IMG/VR virus record: IMGVR_UViG_3300048586_000134
Coordinates: 1-25,702 of that record
Direction: 5' to 3' (one strand)
Length of the DNA: 25,702 nt
Origin: a virus
Lineage: Duplodnaviria > Heunggongvirae > Uroviricota > Caudoviricetes
Below the pieces are notes generated by a model that made no database searches, was not told the DNA's origin, and worked only from the letters and a program-made list of their open reading frames with translations. Of this stretch, positions 8,052 to 17,614 are shown piece by piece (within the stretch, counting starts at the first letter, position 1; each line of letters begins with the position of its first letter). Made by a program: the position numbers and the translations under genes.

Positions 8052-9038
8052 ATGGCACAGGCTTCTTTTGGTTACTTTGGGATTGGTGTCGAAACGGTTC
8101 CTGGTACTGCTGTCGCTCCGACAAAGTTCCTACCAGTTCGCGACGTTGACTTCCCAATTGAAAACAACTTCATTGAGATTCGTGAAATCGCTGGCTCGCG
8201 TCAGCGTTACTCGAACTATGATGGACCGCTTCGCCCGAATGTCTCCTTCTCGACATCATTCTACCCTGTAGGCGCGATGGGTGTTATCCTCCGCGCTCTC
8301 TTTGGTAGTGTTTCGACGGCGGCTGAAGGCTCATCAGCAACCGCATTCCGACACACCTTTGGTGACGCGGCAACGCTTCCTAGCCTTTCCGTTGAGCGTT
8401 CCGACGCTCGTGGTGCTGGTCAAGGTGTGCTGCTTCAGCGTCTTAATGGTGTCAAGATCGAGTCGGTTGGCTTCTCGTGCAACTACGGTGAAGCGGTCGA
8501 TGTCTCCGTCTCTGGACAGGGACTTGACTTCCCTTCGACTCCTGGCTCCAAGCCAGGATCGATCACCTACCCTTCGGTCGATCCGTTCATCTTCTCGGGT
8601 GCAACGGTCTCAATTGATGGAACACCAAATTCGCTCTTCAAGAGCATCGACTTCGAGTTCACCAACGTTCTTGAGCGTCAGGAGTCGCTACGTGGCGCTC
8701 GCACCGCATACAAGATTTACGAGGGTGGCCTGACGTGTACCCTAAGCGGCACGCTTATCTTTGAAGACCTGACGCTCTATAACAACCTCAAGAATAGCAC
8801 ATCCTTCTCGGTTGGCGCACTCTTCGAGGGAGCAGTGATTGACGTTCCAAATGACATCCGCTATGCAGCAGAGTTCGTTTGGCCGAACGTGAAGGTTTCG
8901 ACCTTCGGCATTCCAATGACCGCAGGTGAGGTCATCGAGGCAGACGTGGAATTCCAAGTCTCGTTCGATTCGGGTATTGATGGTATTGTTGACGCATCGA
9001 TTGTCAACCTTGAGCCAGCAGCAACCTACAACACCTAA
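8052..9038 (+). CDS. Major tail (tube) protein
   Basis: FGYFGIGVETVPGTAVAPTKFLP, HTF...LPSLSVE, NGVKIESVGFS, PFIFSGATVSIDG and KSIDFEFTN are typical siphovirus tube motifs. Strong SD AAGGAG. Precedes the chaperone and tape measure genes. Confidence 0.9.
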   Translation: MAQASFGYFGIGVETVPGTAVAPTKFLPVRDVDFPIENNFIEIREIAGSRQRYSNYDGPLRPNVSFSTSFYPVGAMGVILRALFGSVSTAAEGSSATAFRHTFGDAATLPSLSVERSDARGAGQGVLLQRLNGVKIESVGFSCNYGEAVDVSVSGQGLDFPSTPGSKPGSITYPSVDPFIFSGATVSIDGTPNSLFKSIDFEFTNVLERQESLRGARTAYKIYEGGLTCTLSGTLIFEDLTLYNNLKNSTSFSVGALFEGAVIDVPNDIRYAAEFVWPNVKVSTFGIPMTAGEVIEADVEFQVSFDSGIDGIVDASIVNLEPAATYNT

Positions 9039-9044
9039 TATGAT

Positions 9045-9081
9045 GAGCGTGCGTCCGTGATAGGGCGCACGTTCCTATTTT
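9045..9081 (+). terminator. Hairpin / probable intrinsic terminator after the tail tube gene
   Basis: GAGCGTGCGTCC, loop GTGATA, GGGCGCACGTTC: a 12-bp stem with two G-U pairs that only pair on the + strand RNA, followed by CTATTTT. Confidence 0.65.
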
Positions 9082-9151
9082 GAATCATACGCCATATGGC
9101 GGAATCGCAGGCGAAACTCAACCTGCGAACTAGGAAAGAAAGAGGTACACA

Positions 9152-9517
9152 ATGGGTAATTTCTTTAAGAAGGCCAATCGTGAGGAAGTGATTCGTTTTG
9201 AAACTCCCGATGGTGAGGACTTCATCGAGTTCCGTGCATCACTCAGCAAGGCTGAGGCAAATGCCATTCTCAGTGCAGCGCCGTCCGAACAGGGCGACAT
9301 CGAAGGTGGACTGTTCTTCATTAGTAGATACGTGGAACGAGCGGGTGTCCGCTGGTCCTTTACGGACGAGAGTGGTGAGCCTGTTCCACTGACGCTAGAG
9401 AACTATCTCGACCTTGACGCGGTTGCGGCGAGATGGGTAGACGAGCGTGCTGGTGAGGCAATGCAACAGACCATTGGTAAGCAGATCGAAAAACTTGAGG
9501 GGGAATCTACGAGCTAG
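9152..9517 (+). CDS. Tail assembly chaperone (gpG-equivalent)
   Basis: 121 aa between tube and tape measure genes. RWSFTDESGEPVPLTLENY resembles the W.l.d..G..vp.t.en pattern of tail chaperones. A slippery site lies near the 3' end. Confidence 0.85.
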   Translation: MGNFFKKANREEVIRFETPDGEDFIEFRASLSKAEANAILSAAPSEQGDIEGGLFFISRYVERAGVRWSFTDESGEPVPLTLENYLDLDAVAARWVDERAGEAMQQTIGKQIEKLEGESTS

Positions 9518-9807
9518 CCTCCGATGTAGCCCAAGGCAAACAGGTTCGGAACAAGCTAGCCAATAATCCTATCCTCAGATACCACTACGAAAATTATGAC
9601 ATGTGCCGAAGTAAGGAATTTGTTACATTCCGAAAGCCAGGACGAAAAGAAGGTTCCGAAAAGATCGTAACCGCTATTTGGCCTACTGGCTACTCTGTAC
9701 TCCCACGCAAGGGAGGTCTTGAAGAACAGGACTTCCTCACCATGCGGCTCTTTCATGCCGCCATGCGCGGAGAGATGGACGGATTCAGACGCGTTATCGC
9801 GAAATAA
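9152..9807 (+). CDS. Frameshifted long tail assembly chaperone (gpGT-equivalent, ~218 aa)
   Basis: The -1 frame reads GIYELASDVAQGKQVRNKLANNPILRYHYENYDMCRSK...VLPRKGGLEEQDFLTMRLF. LP..GGL..Q is a common gpT-region motif. The ORF-track ATG at 9601 has no SD. Confidence 0.75.
9499..9505 (+). promoter_or_regulatory. Programmed -1 ribosomal frameshift site GGGGGAA
   Basis: GAG GGG GAA lies four codons before the chaperone stop. The -1 frame has a stop at 9496-9498 and is open from 9499 to 9807, so the shift is confined to this spot. Confidence 0.75.
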
Positions 9808-9817
9808 CTTCGGGATT

Positions 9818-9856
9818 GGGCGGGTGAGAAGTCTATCTTCTTACCCGCTCTTTTTT
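9818..9856 (+). terminator. Strong intrinsic terminator between chaperone and tape measure genes
   Basis: GGGCGGGTGAGAAG, loop TCTAT, CTTCTTACCCGCTC: a 14-bp stem with two G-U pairs (+ strand specific), followed by TTTTTT (9851-9856). Confidence 0.85.
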
Positions 9857-9874
9857 CGTTTTCAGGGGTGAGCT

Positions 9875-12800
9875 ATGGCAAGAACAATCAATATCGATAT
9901 TAATACAACAGCCGATCTTGCAGCGCTGACAAGTCTCCTTCGTGGAATCAACACTGTCAAGCGCTCCCTGACAGGCTTCGCGAATTCCAAGACAGGAAAC
10001 TACTTCAAGGATATCGCGGATAGCGCCAACAATCTTGCAAAGGCGATGGATCGTCTGGCGGCTGCACAAGAGAAGCAACAAGCCTCTGCCAAGAAAAGCG
10101 CGACCAGCGCAAGCAAACAGGGCAAGGAAATCAACGAAACCGCGCAAAACTATCGGGAGCTATCAAGAAGTCTCGGTAACCTGAACGGTTTCTTGCGACA
10201 GTCACAGAATATGATGGTTGCACAAGGGCAGCAAGTACGCAAGGTTGACCAGCAATTCGACGCACTTGAGCGCTCTATCCGAGAACTCGGAGAGGCGGAA
10301 GCGGAACTCAACCGTCTCCGCCGAACTGGACGTGCGACAGATGATCAGCGAACGCTCGCAATGACTCGCTTCTCTGAGGCAGCAGCACGAGCGAGAGCGG
10401 CCCTGACAAACCTGAACCAGTCACAGCGGTCGATCATTAACTTCGATGATAATATGTCTCGACAGTTGACGGATTTCATGACGAAGATTCGTCAGATGCA
10501 GGACATGAAAGACCTCGATTTGATTCCAGAGGGGCAAGCAGCCCGATTCGAGTCAGAACTTCGTCAGATGCAATTCGCCGCTCGCGAACTTCAACAGAAG
10601 GCGCGTGATGCTGGCACGACACTACAGCAACTCGACTCAGCTATTGGCATGTCGAATGATGTGGTTCGTCGCGCCACGGCTGGCAAGCAGGAATACACAA
10701 ATCAAATCAGACAGAACACAGAAGCAGCCAGAGCGTCAACGGCTGCATGGCGCACCTTTGGTCAGAGTATCACAAGCGTTCTCGCCCCAATCAAAAACTT
10801 TGTCAATGCTCTTCGTCAGATTGCTTCGAATCTTACCCAAGGCGTAAGGAATGCACTGAATTCGATCACACGTTCTATCAGCACCTTTGGTAGCACGGCG
10901 GGATCAGCCTTTGCAAAACTGCGATCTACAATGAGCATGGCTGGGGGTTGGTTTAGCACCTTCGCGCAACGTGTCCAGCAGAGCATGAATGCTTCTCGTC
11001 AAGCGGTTACAACCTTCTATAATGCGGGTTGGTCGCTCCTGACGAGTGGTTATATGGCGCAGTCGTTCGGTACGGGTATTTTCCGTGGCTTGAGCGATAA
11101 TCTCAATCAATATATGGATTACGAACGTCAGCTTATGAAGGCAACGATTGCGGCTGGTAGCTTCGAAGGAACAGGCGAGCAGGGAACACTCACCATTGAT
11201 CCGAAGATCGTTCAAGAGATGATCTTTGGTATGCAGCGTGGTACGCTTGGTGCCGCTCCGCTCCGTTCGTTTGATGCCGCGCAACTTGCAGAAGGTCTCT
11301 ACTACTACGCATCCGCAATCGGTCAGCCGATTACGGAACAGAACATGGGGCAACTGGCACCGATCATCGGTAATATTATGTCACTGTCGCAGGTTTCTGG
11401 TGCAGGACTGGAAACAACCGTCAAGGCTGTTCTCAACACGGCTCTTGAGTTTGGCTTCGATCCTCGTGCAACGGGCGATGCTGAGCAAATGGGCGCTCTT
11501 GGAAACATCGCGGCTCAGATTGGTTGGCTCTCTAACATTTCCACGATGGAAGTTCCAGACATTGCTGAAATGTTCAAGCAAGTCGGTCCTATGGCAAACC
11601 TCCTCGTTGGTGGTCAGGGTGGCGGCTTGAATGATACCATGCTCCTCGCCTTCCTCGCATCTGAAATGGGTCTGCGTGGTAGCCGCGTGGGTACTGGTCT
11701 CAACCAAGCCTTCATGACGCTTCTCGATCCAACAGACAAGAACCTTGAAACCGCTTCTCGCTTCTTTGGCATCGAAGCCTCTCAGGAGGCATGGGACGCA
11801 TTCTTCAAAGACTCGGAGGGACGACTCGAAGGGGGAATCCCTGGACTGTTTGAGAAAATTGGACAGATTCCGAAAGAACAGCAAGCACAATTCCTTGCAG
11901 AACTCTTCACAACCAACGCAACCCGTAACGTGCTTGCTATGCAGGCTGCACTAGAAAAGAACGGCGGTTGGGATGCGATCATGGAAGAGACGAGACTGGC
12001 AACGGGTGATCCGCAGCGTTGGCTCTCTCAGGCTATGGCAGCGACCAACGATACGGTCTTCGCAAGCATGCAGAACATGAAGAATGCATGGTTTGCGATC
12101 CAGACTGAAATCATCGACGGTATCAGTGGTCCCTTCAAAGGTGCTTTGAATGGAATTGCAGAAATCTTTTGGGAGATTGCTGACGTTGTTCGCGCAAATC
12201 CTTGGATCGCTGAACTTGTTGCTTCGATTACGACGGCAATTGCAGCGGTCTCCTCGTTCATTGGCGTTCTCTTTGTCATGAGTGGTTCGGTTCTTCTCGT
12301 TCTGAAGGCATTCCAGATGCTCGGAGGATCACTTGGTCCTGCGGTCTTCTTCCTGCTTTCGGCGGTGAAGGCGGCTGTCTTGCTCGTACCGCTTCTGGCG
12401 GCTCTGGCGGCAGTCGGAACCATGCTTTACATTGCATGGCAAAACAACTTCTTGGGTATTCGCGATTTCGTTGATGGTATGCGACAAACCCTTGATGTTG
12501 GAGAACTAATGCAGTCCATGATGGACCGTATCTATGAAGGCGCACAACTTCTTGGTACGGCGTGGATGCAGTTTGTTTCTGTCTTCCTCCTCGGTATCGA
12601 TGGTCCGATCAACGCTCTTGGTTCACTGCTGACGACATTGTTTGGTCCGCAACTGGCGAACTATTTCCTCTCGACGCTCACGAATTGGAGCAACGGTCTT
12701 AACAACTTCCGCGAAAACTTTGTGGATTTTGTAACCGATCTGCGTAATGGCGCGGGTGCGCTGACAGGTATCGCGGATACCATTCAGGGCTTCCTTGAAG

Positions 12801-15800
12801 TCTTGTTCCTTGGCGGAATCAGTCAAGAAAATCTTGGAGGAATGCGTAATCTAGGAGCATTGCTCGGTATCGAGAACTTTCCGCTTCAGATTCACCGTGC
12901 GGCGACAGCGCTCAACGGTTTCCTCGACTCCGCCGCTGGCTACTTTGTCGGCTTCCGCGACATCATCGCTGGCATCTTCAATCAGATTGGGAATAACCTT
13001 ACGCGCATCTTCCGTGGTTTGACCTCTAGCGTCGGTCTCGGCGCGATTCGTGACGCACTCACAGGGTTCGCGATGGGCTTTGGCTCTGCGATCCTCACTG
13101 CTGTAAGAGCAGTTGAACTCCTGACGCGTGCGCTGGCAAACCTTGGACGTGCTGGGAGATGGATGTCTGATCTGCTTGAGCGGGTAACAGGCATCAGCGT
13201 CGGCGTTGGTACGCTGGCGACAGCCGTTGGCGTTCTTCTCGGCGCATTCGCGGGTGGACGACTCCTGGCTGCGATTCTCCCGTTTGAGACATTGCTTGGC
13301 GTACTCATGAGAATTGGTCCGATTATCTCCATCGTCGTCAGTGTCGTTGGTACGCTCCTCACCTCGGTTGGTCTGCTTGCAGCACCGATTCTGGCGGTTG
13401 CAGCAGCGCTCCTGATTTGGGAGAATCGGGCAAACGGCATCGAAGGTGTCATGGCAGGATTGCAAGGTATTCTCGACGGTTTTATCGTTGGTCTCTTTGC
13501 AATCGGGCAGGCTGTTTACTCCGCAGTTGAACCTCTCGTACAGTGGGTAGCGGGACTGCTTCAGAGCCTTGACAGCATGACCGCATTCAATGCAGTTGGC
13601 TTTGCGCTGGCAGCAGTGTTTGCAATGCTGGCGGGTGGCGCAATCCTTGGCGTGGTTGCTTCTCTTGCGCAATTCACGGTGGGCCTGATCACGGCGGCGG
13701 CAACGATTACAGGTGCCGTTCTTGGAGCTATTGCTTCGCTTACTGCGTCGTTTATCAAACTCTCCTTTAGTCTTACCAAAGATGTTCTCACTGCCATTGG
13801 CGCATTCGGTTCTGCTATGGCAACAACAACAGCGGGTGTCGCGGCAAATGGCGCGGTCATGTCAACTGGTCTCATGGCAATCTTCACAAACCCGATTGCG
13901 GCAATTGCAGCCCTTATCGCGGCCCTCTTTACCCTCGTTACAGCGGTAAGCCTCGTAGCGTTTACCATGACAGGAGGCTGGGGAGCCGTTCTTCAGACGA
14001 TGGGCGAATTCATGGATATGGCTGCACCGATCATGATGAACATCATGGAAATCTGGCAGCATGACGCATCGACTGGTATGGCAATGCTCGGAGCAACGCT
14101 GGCAGTCGGTCTTGCAGGCGCAATTGCAACTATGATTGCTCAGGGACCAAAGATGCTCGGTTGGCTCGGTGGTGGCGCTCTCGATCTTCTCGGGGGTCTT
14201 CTACCTGAAGACAGTGCTCTCGGCTTGTTGCTCGGAAAGGGTGCGGACGCAACGCGCTTCCTCGGTAACATGTCCACAATGGGCTTCCAAGCGGAAGTCC
14301 GCGACATTCAGGCAGGCTTCCTCGGCAAGATTTATACCAGCACGCAAGGCATGGTAGACTCCTATGGTGAAATGGATACGGAAGGCGGTATCGGTGGATG
14401 GGCTGATCGGCTCGTCGCAGGATTCACAGACCGTATCTCAAATACTCGATTCGGAAATCTCTGGAATCAGGTACTTGAAGCAATGGGTATGGACCCGAAC
14501 AATCCGAAATTCGGAGACGTTGACTGGAAGAACCTTCTTGGTTTCGCCCAGCTTGACGATTTGATGAATAGCGAAGCGTTCCAGTACATGCCGAAAGAGC
14601 TTCAGGGCTGGATGGAGATTGTTGACGACTGGCAGCAATGGCAGGAAACGGTTGCGCGATTCGGTGGTAACGTCAACATGGCTCGTGGATTCTACGAAGC
14701 CAACAACATGACTGTTCCGAAGCCACCGAACTATGAAGAGTATTGGGCATCTATCTCAGAGCAAATGGATGAAGGTGCGGCGGAAGCAGAGGCAGCGGCA
14801 CAACGAGCAGCAGAAGTTCTACAGCAAATGAATGAAGCGCTAATGGGTGCAGACCTTGGAACCTTCTTGCAGACTTCCTTCATGCCAGAAGGCGGCGGAA
14901 AGTCCGCGATGTCGTTCATCTACGAAAATGCTGAAGCAATTATCAGTAACATTGGTGATGCTGGACCGTGGCTCAATCCTGTCGAACTCCTCGCTGACGT
15001 AGCGGGAGCGGGTGGTGGCAACGTCAATGTGCTCGGCAAGAACGTCCATGAGGCGTTACGACCAGCACTTGAAATCGTCGCACAGCAGACAGGCGTCTCG
15101 ATTGACGAAATGCTGAAGGATATTCCGAAGTTTTACGCACCAGAAGAATTCGTCAATGTGGCGACAGATGACCTCCTCGAAGGTATTGCTACACTGCCGA
15201 AGGAACTCTACCAGAAAGTAGACACGCTCGGGGCGGGCGACTGGACTGAATTCGGTCTTGACTGGCAAGAGCTTACGGATTATGCTATCGGACAGGCAAT
15301 CACAGGAACCGAATGGAACCTTGCTGATTATGTCATGGAAGCATTTGGTGTCTCGGAAGATGAGGCAATCCGCCGACTCAAGGCGGCTGGTCTTTCTGAC
15401 GCGGATATCGATGCTATCGGTAGTAGCTGGTTCGGTGACACAACTTTGTGGGCGCAATCGCTCCAAGGACAGGTCAATGTTATCAATGAAACATGGTGGC
15501 CGATTGTTCAAGGTATGACCGACGACATGAAGGATACAACCATCGAAATCTCGGAAGGTGCGTTCGCGGCTCTCCCTGACTCGGTGAAGACCTCCCTCTC
15601 GGCGCTTGGTTACACCTTTGTTATCGGTGGACAGCAGACGGCAAATCAGGTTGCCGCTGGTCTCGGTGCAATCCAGACAGCGATTCTTGCGAATCACCCT
15701 GAGATTCCACCTGACATTATGTCTGGCATCATGACATCATTGATGAGCGGTGAAGTAGACTTCAGAACGTGGACAGACGAAGCTGGTACTAGCTGGACAA

Positions 15801-17602
15801 CCTTTGTGGACAACATTAACGGTACGGAGATTACGATCCCGACCGCTGATGCACAACCACTCATCTCGGCGGTTAACGAGTCGAAGACCGCTGTCGATGG
15901 GCTTGTCGGTTCGTTGAATACGCTCAAGAACTGGAAGTACGATCCTGGCCTCTTTGGTGGTCAGTACGCTCCATCGCAACAGGAAATGGCAACCACGCCT
16001 GATCCTGGCGGAACGGGTGGTCCTGCTGTTGGTGCGGAGTATGTTGGCGCAACACCAGAAATGGTACGCCAATTCCTCGCAAGCCTCGGTATCCCGACTC
16101 CTGAAGAAATCGATACAGCCGTTGCTGAAGTTTCGACAGCAATCGAAACCTCGGTTACGGAAATTAATCTTGACTCGATTGAACTGTCTGGTTTCGAAGA
16201 TTTTGGTAAGTCTGTTGCTGAAGCAATCGGTAAGGGACTTTCCGACAATCTCGGAACGGCAATCAGTGCAGCGCTGTCAGGACAAACCACAGGCGACGGA
16301 ACTGGCGGTCCTGAGACGGACACTGGATTATTCTCGAATTATGGTAAGCAGTCGGCAGAGCAATTCCGCATTGCATTCACTGAAAATATTAACGGTGAGA
16401 CAAGCCTCTTCAATCCATTCGGAGAGGGCGCGGCAGTCGGTAATCCGTGGGAAACCTTTGGTAACTACGGTACAGACGCAGCAGAAGCATTCCGCACCGC
16501 TTTCCAGACAGGTCTTGAGGGACTGGCTTCTGGACTCGGCTTGCTTGACTTCGCATCGCAAGGCACCACATGGGGCATTGCAGCGGGTAATGCGTTTGCG
16601 GCGGCTTTCCGCTCTTCAATGTCAATTGGAGCAGGCGGGGGAGCACCTATCGGCGCGGATGGAAATCCTGCACCGTACGCTCCTGGCGGCGGTATGGGCT
16701 TTACTGATGGTAGCATGGGCGGAGGAGGCATGGCACCACAGACCATCACTGTCGCGGTCAAGATGGACTTTACCGACTATGACGCTGGGTTGGCAAGCCT
16801 GAACCAAAACCTGATTGACAATGCGGACGCAAATCTGACTGTTGACGCCAAGATGGATGACACAGAATTTATTCGTGTCTTCAACGCTGTCAATGGTTAT
16901 ATTACTACGCTAGGTAACCGAAAAGCCGTTCCTGCGGTCTTGCTTCAAGCGTACGCCTTTGACATGACCTACAATGCAGTGAATGGTAAGCTCGACACTT
17001 TGACACAGAGGATCGCCACACCAACGGTCAACCTGAACGATAATGCTTCAGGACCGCTTGGAACGATCATCGACAGACTGAACAGCATCGATGGACGTGT
17101 GGTGACATCTACCGCAAACGTCAATACGAACAATACCACAACGAACACAGTTCGTACAGTAACGGAGGGTATTGGTCCAACGCAACAACTGGCAACTGGT
17201 GGTTACGTCAACTCGGCCATTCAGCTTGTCGGTGAGCAGGGACCAGAACTTGTGGCATTGCCGCAGGGATCGTATGTGTACAATGCGACGGCAACGGCGA
17301 ATATGATGGACTCACTCGCTTCTCCTGTTGGAGTTGCGATGGACGCAGGCTTCTCGGCTAATGCTCCTCGTTCGTTTAGTAACGGCATTTCGAACATCGA
17401 TGCTGCGGAAATGAAGAGATGGTTGATCGATGCCGCACAAGGTAAGCAAGAAATCCACTACAACATTAATGTTGACGCAATCAACATTTCTAAGGAAGTG
17501 GATATCGACCGTGCACTTGAGCGATTCGACCGACTGACAGGTAACCGAACGGAACTTCTCCGACGCGGTATGGGGACATTCGAGGAACATCGAACAATGT
17601 AG
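9875..17602 (+). CDS. Tape measure protein (2575 aa)
   Basis: Longest ORF, directly after the chaperone. Coiled-coil N-terminus; TP901-type core (AAQLAEGLYYYASA...DIAEMFKQVGPMA...GLRGSRVGTGLNQAFMTLLDPT); long hydrophobic A/G/L-rich segments; C-terminal LATGG.....LVGEQGPELVALPQGSYVYN motif. Confidence 0.97.
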   Translation: MARTINIDINTTADLAALTSLLRGINTVKRSLTGFANSKTGNYFKDIADSANNLAKAMDRLAAAQEKQQASAKKSATSASKQGKEINETAQNYRELSRSLGNLNGFLRQSQNMMVAQGQQVRKVDQQFDALERSIRELGEAEAELNRLRRTGRATDDQRTLAMTRFSEAAARARAALTNLNQSQRSIINFDDNMSRQLTDFMTKIRQMQDMKDLDLIPEGQAARFESELRQMQFAARELQQKARDAGTTLQQLDSAIGMSNDVVRRATAGKQEYTNQIRQNTEAARASTAAWRTFGQSITSVLAPIKNFVNALRQIASNLTQGVRNALNSITRSISTFGSTAGSAFAKLRSTMSMAGGWFSTFAQRVQQSMNASRQAVTTFYNAGWSLLTSGYMAQSFGTGIFRGLSDNLNQYMDYERQLMKATIAAGSFEGTGEQGTLTIDPKIVQEMIFGMQRGTLGAAPLRSFDAAQLAEGLYYYASAIGQPITEQNMGQLAPIIGNIMSLSQVSGAGLETTVKAVLNTALEFGFDPRATGDAEQMGALGNIAAQIGWLSNISTMEVPDIAEMFKQVGPMANLLVGGQGGGLNDTMLLAFLASEMGLRGSRVGTGLNQAFMTLLDPTDKNLETASRFFGIEASQEAWDAFFKDSEGRLEGGIPGLFEKIGQIPKEQQAQFLAELFTTNATRNVLAMQAALEKNGGWDAIMEETRLATGDPQRWLSQAMAATNDTVFASMQNMKNAWFAIQTEIIDGISGPFKGALNGIAEIFWEIADVVRANPWIAELVASITTAIAAVSSFIGVLFVMSGSVLLVLKAFQMLGGSLGPAVFFLLSAVKAAVLLVPLLAALAAVGTMLYIAWQNNFLGIRDFVDGMRQTLDVGELMQSMMDRIYEGAQLLGTAWMQFVSVFLLGIDGPINALGSLLTTLFGPQLANYFLSTLTNWSNGLNNFRENFVDFVTDLRNGAGALTGIADTIQGFLEVLFLGGISQENLGGMRNLGALLGIENFPLQIHRAATALNGFLDSAAGYFVGFRDIIAGIFNQIGNNLTRIFRGLTSSVGLGAIRDALTGFAMGFGSAILTAVRAVELLTRALANLGRAGRWMSDLLERVTGISVGVGTLATAVGVLLGAFAGGRLLAAILPFETLLGVLMRIGPIISIVVSVVGTLLTSVGLLAAPILAVAAALLIWENRANGIEGVMAGLQGILDGFIVGLFAIGQAVYSAVEPLVQWVAGLLQSLDSMTAFNAVGFALAAVFAMLAGGAILGVVASLAQFTVGLITAAATITGAVLGAIASLTASFIKLSFSLTKDVLTAIGAFGSAMATTTAGVAANGAVMSTGLMAIFTNPIAAIAALIAALFTLVTAVSLVAFTMTGGWGAVLQTMGEFMDMAAPIMMNIMEIWQHDASTGMAMLGATLAVGLAGAIATMIAQGPKMLGWLGGGALDLLGGLLPEDSALGLLLGKGADATRFLGNMSTMGFQAEVRDIQAGFLGKIYTSTQGMVDSYGEMDTEGGIGGWADRLVAGFTDRISNTRFGNLWNQVLEAMGMDPNNPKFGDVDWKNLLGFAQLDDLMNSEAFQYMPKELQGWMEIVDDWQQWQETVARFGGNVNMARGFYEANNMTVPKPPNYEEYWASISEQMDEGAAEAEAAAQRAAEVLQQMNEALMGADLGTFLQTSFMPEGGGKSAMSFIYENAEAIISNIGDAGPWLNPVELLADVAGAGGGNVNVLGKNVHEALRPALEIVAQQTGVSIDEMLKDIPKFYAPEEFVNVATDDLLEGIATLPKELYQKVDTLGAGDWTEFGLDWQELTDYAIGQAITGTEWNLADYVMEAFGVSEDEAIRRLKAAGLSDADIDAIGSSWFGDTTLWAQSLQGQVNVINETWWPIVQGMTDDMKDTTIEISEGAFAALPDSVKTSLSALGYTFVIGGQQTANQVAAGLGAIQTAILANHPEIPPDIMSGIMTSLMSGEVDFRTWTDEAGTSWTTFVDNINGTEITIPTADAQPLISAVNESKTAVDGLVGSLNTLKNWKYDPGLFGGQYAPSQQEMATTPDPGGTGGPAVGAEYVGATPEMVRQFLASLGIPTPEEIDTAVAEVSTAIETSVTEINLDSIELSGFEDFGKSVAEAIGKGLSDNLGTAISAALSGQTTGDGTGGPETDTGLFSNYGKQSAEQFRIAFTENINGETSLFNPFGEGAAVGNPWETFGNYGTDAAEAFRTAFQTGLEGLASGLGLLDFASQGTTWGIAAGNAFAAAFRSSMSIGAGGGAPIGADGNPAPYAPGGGMGFTDGSMGGGGMAPQTITVAVKMDFTDYDAGLASLNQNLIDNADANLTVDAKMDDTEFIRVFNAVNGYITTLGNRKAVPAVLLQAYAFDMTYNAVNGKLDTLTQRIATPTVNLNDNASGPLGTIIDRLNSIDGRVVTSTANVNTNNTTTNTVRTVTEGIGPTQQLATGGYVNSAIQLVGEQGPELVALPQGSYVYNATATANMMDSLASPVGVAMDAGFSANAPRSFSNGISNIDAAEMKRWLIDAAQGKQEIHYNINVDAINISKEVDIDRALERFDRLTGNRTELLRRGMGTFEEHRTM

Positions 17603-17614
17603 TAGCAACAGATG

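Noticed and set aside
9487-9498. CGAAAAAC as an alternative chaperone slippery site
   Set aside because: A -1 shift there meets TGA at 9496-9498 almost immediately.
9875-17602. Peptidoglycan hydrolase domain in the tape measure protein
   Set aside because: No SLT (ES..N), M23 (HxxxD/HxH), NlpC/P60 (DCSG) or LysM motif was recognisable by eye.
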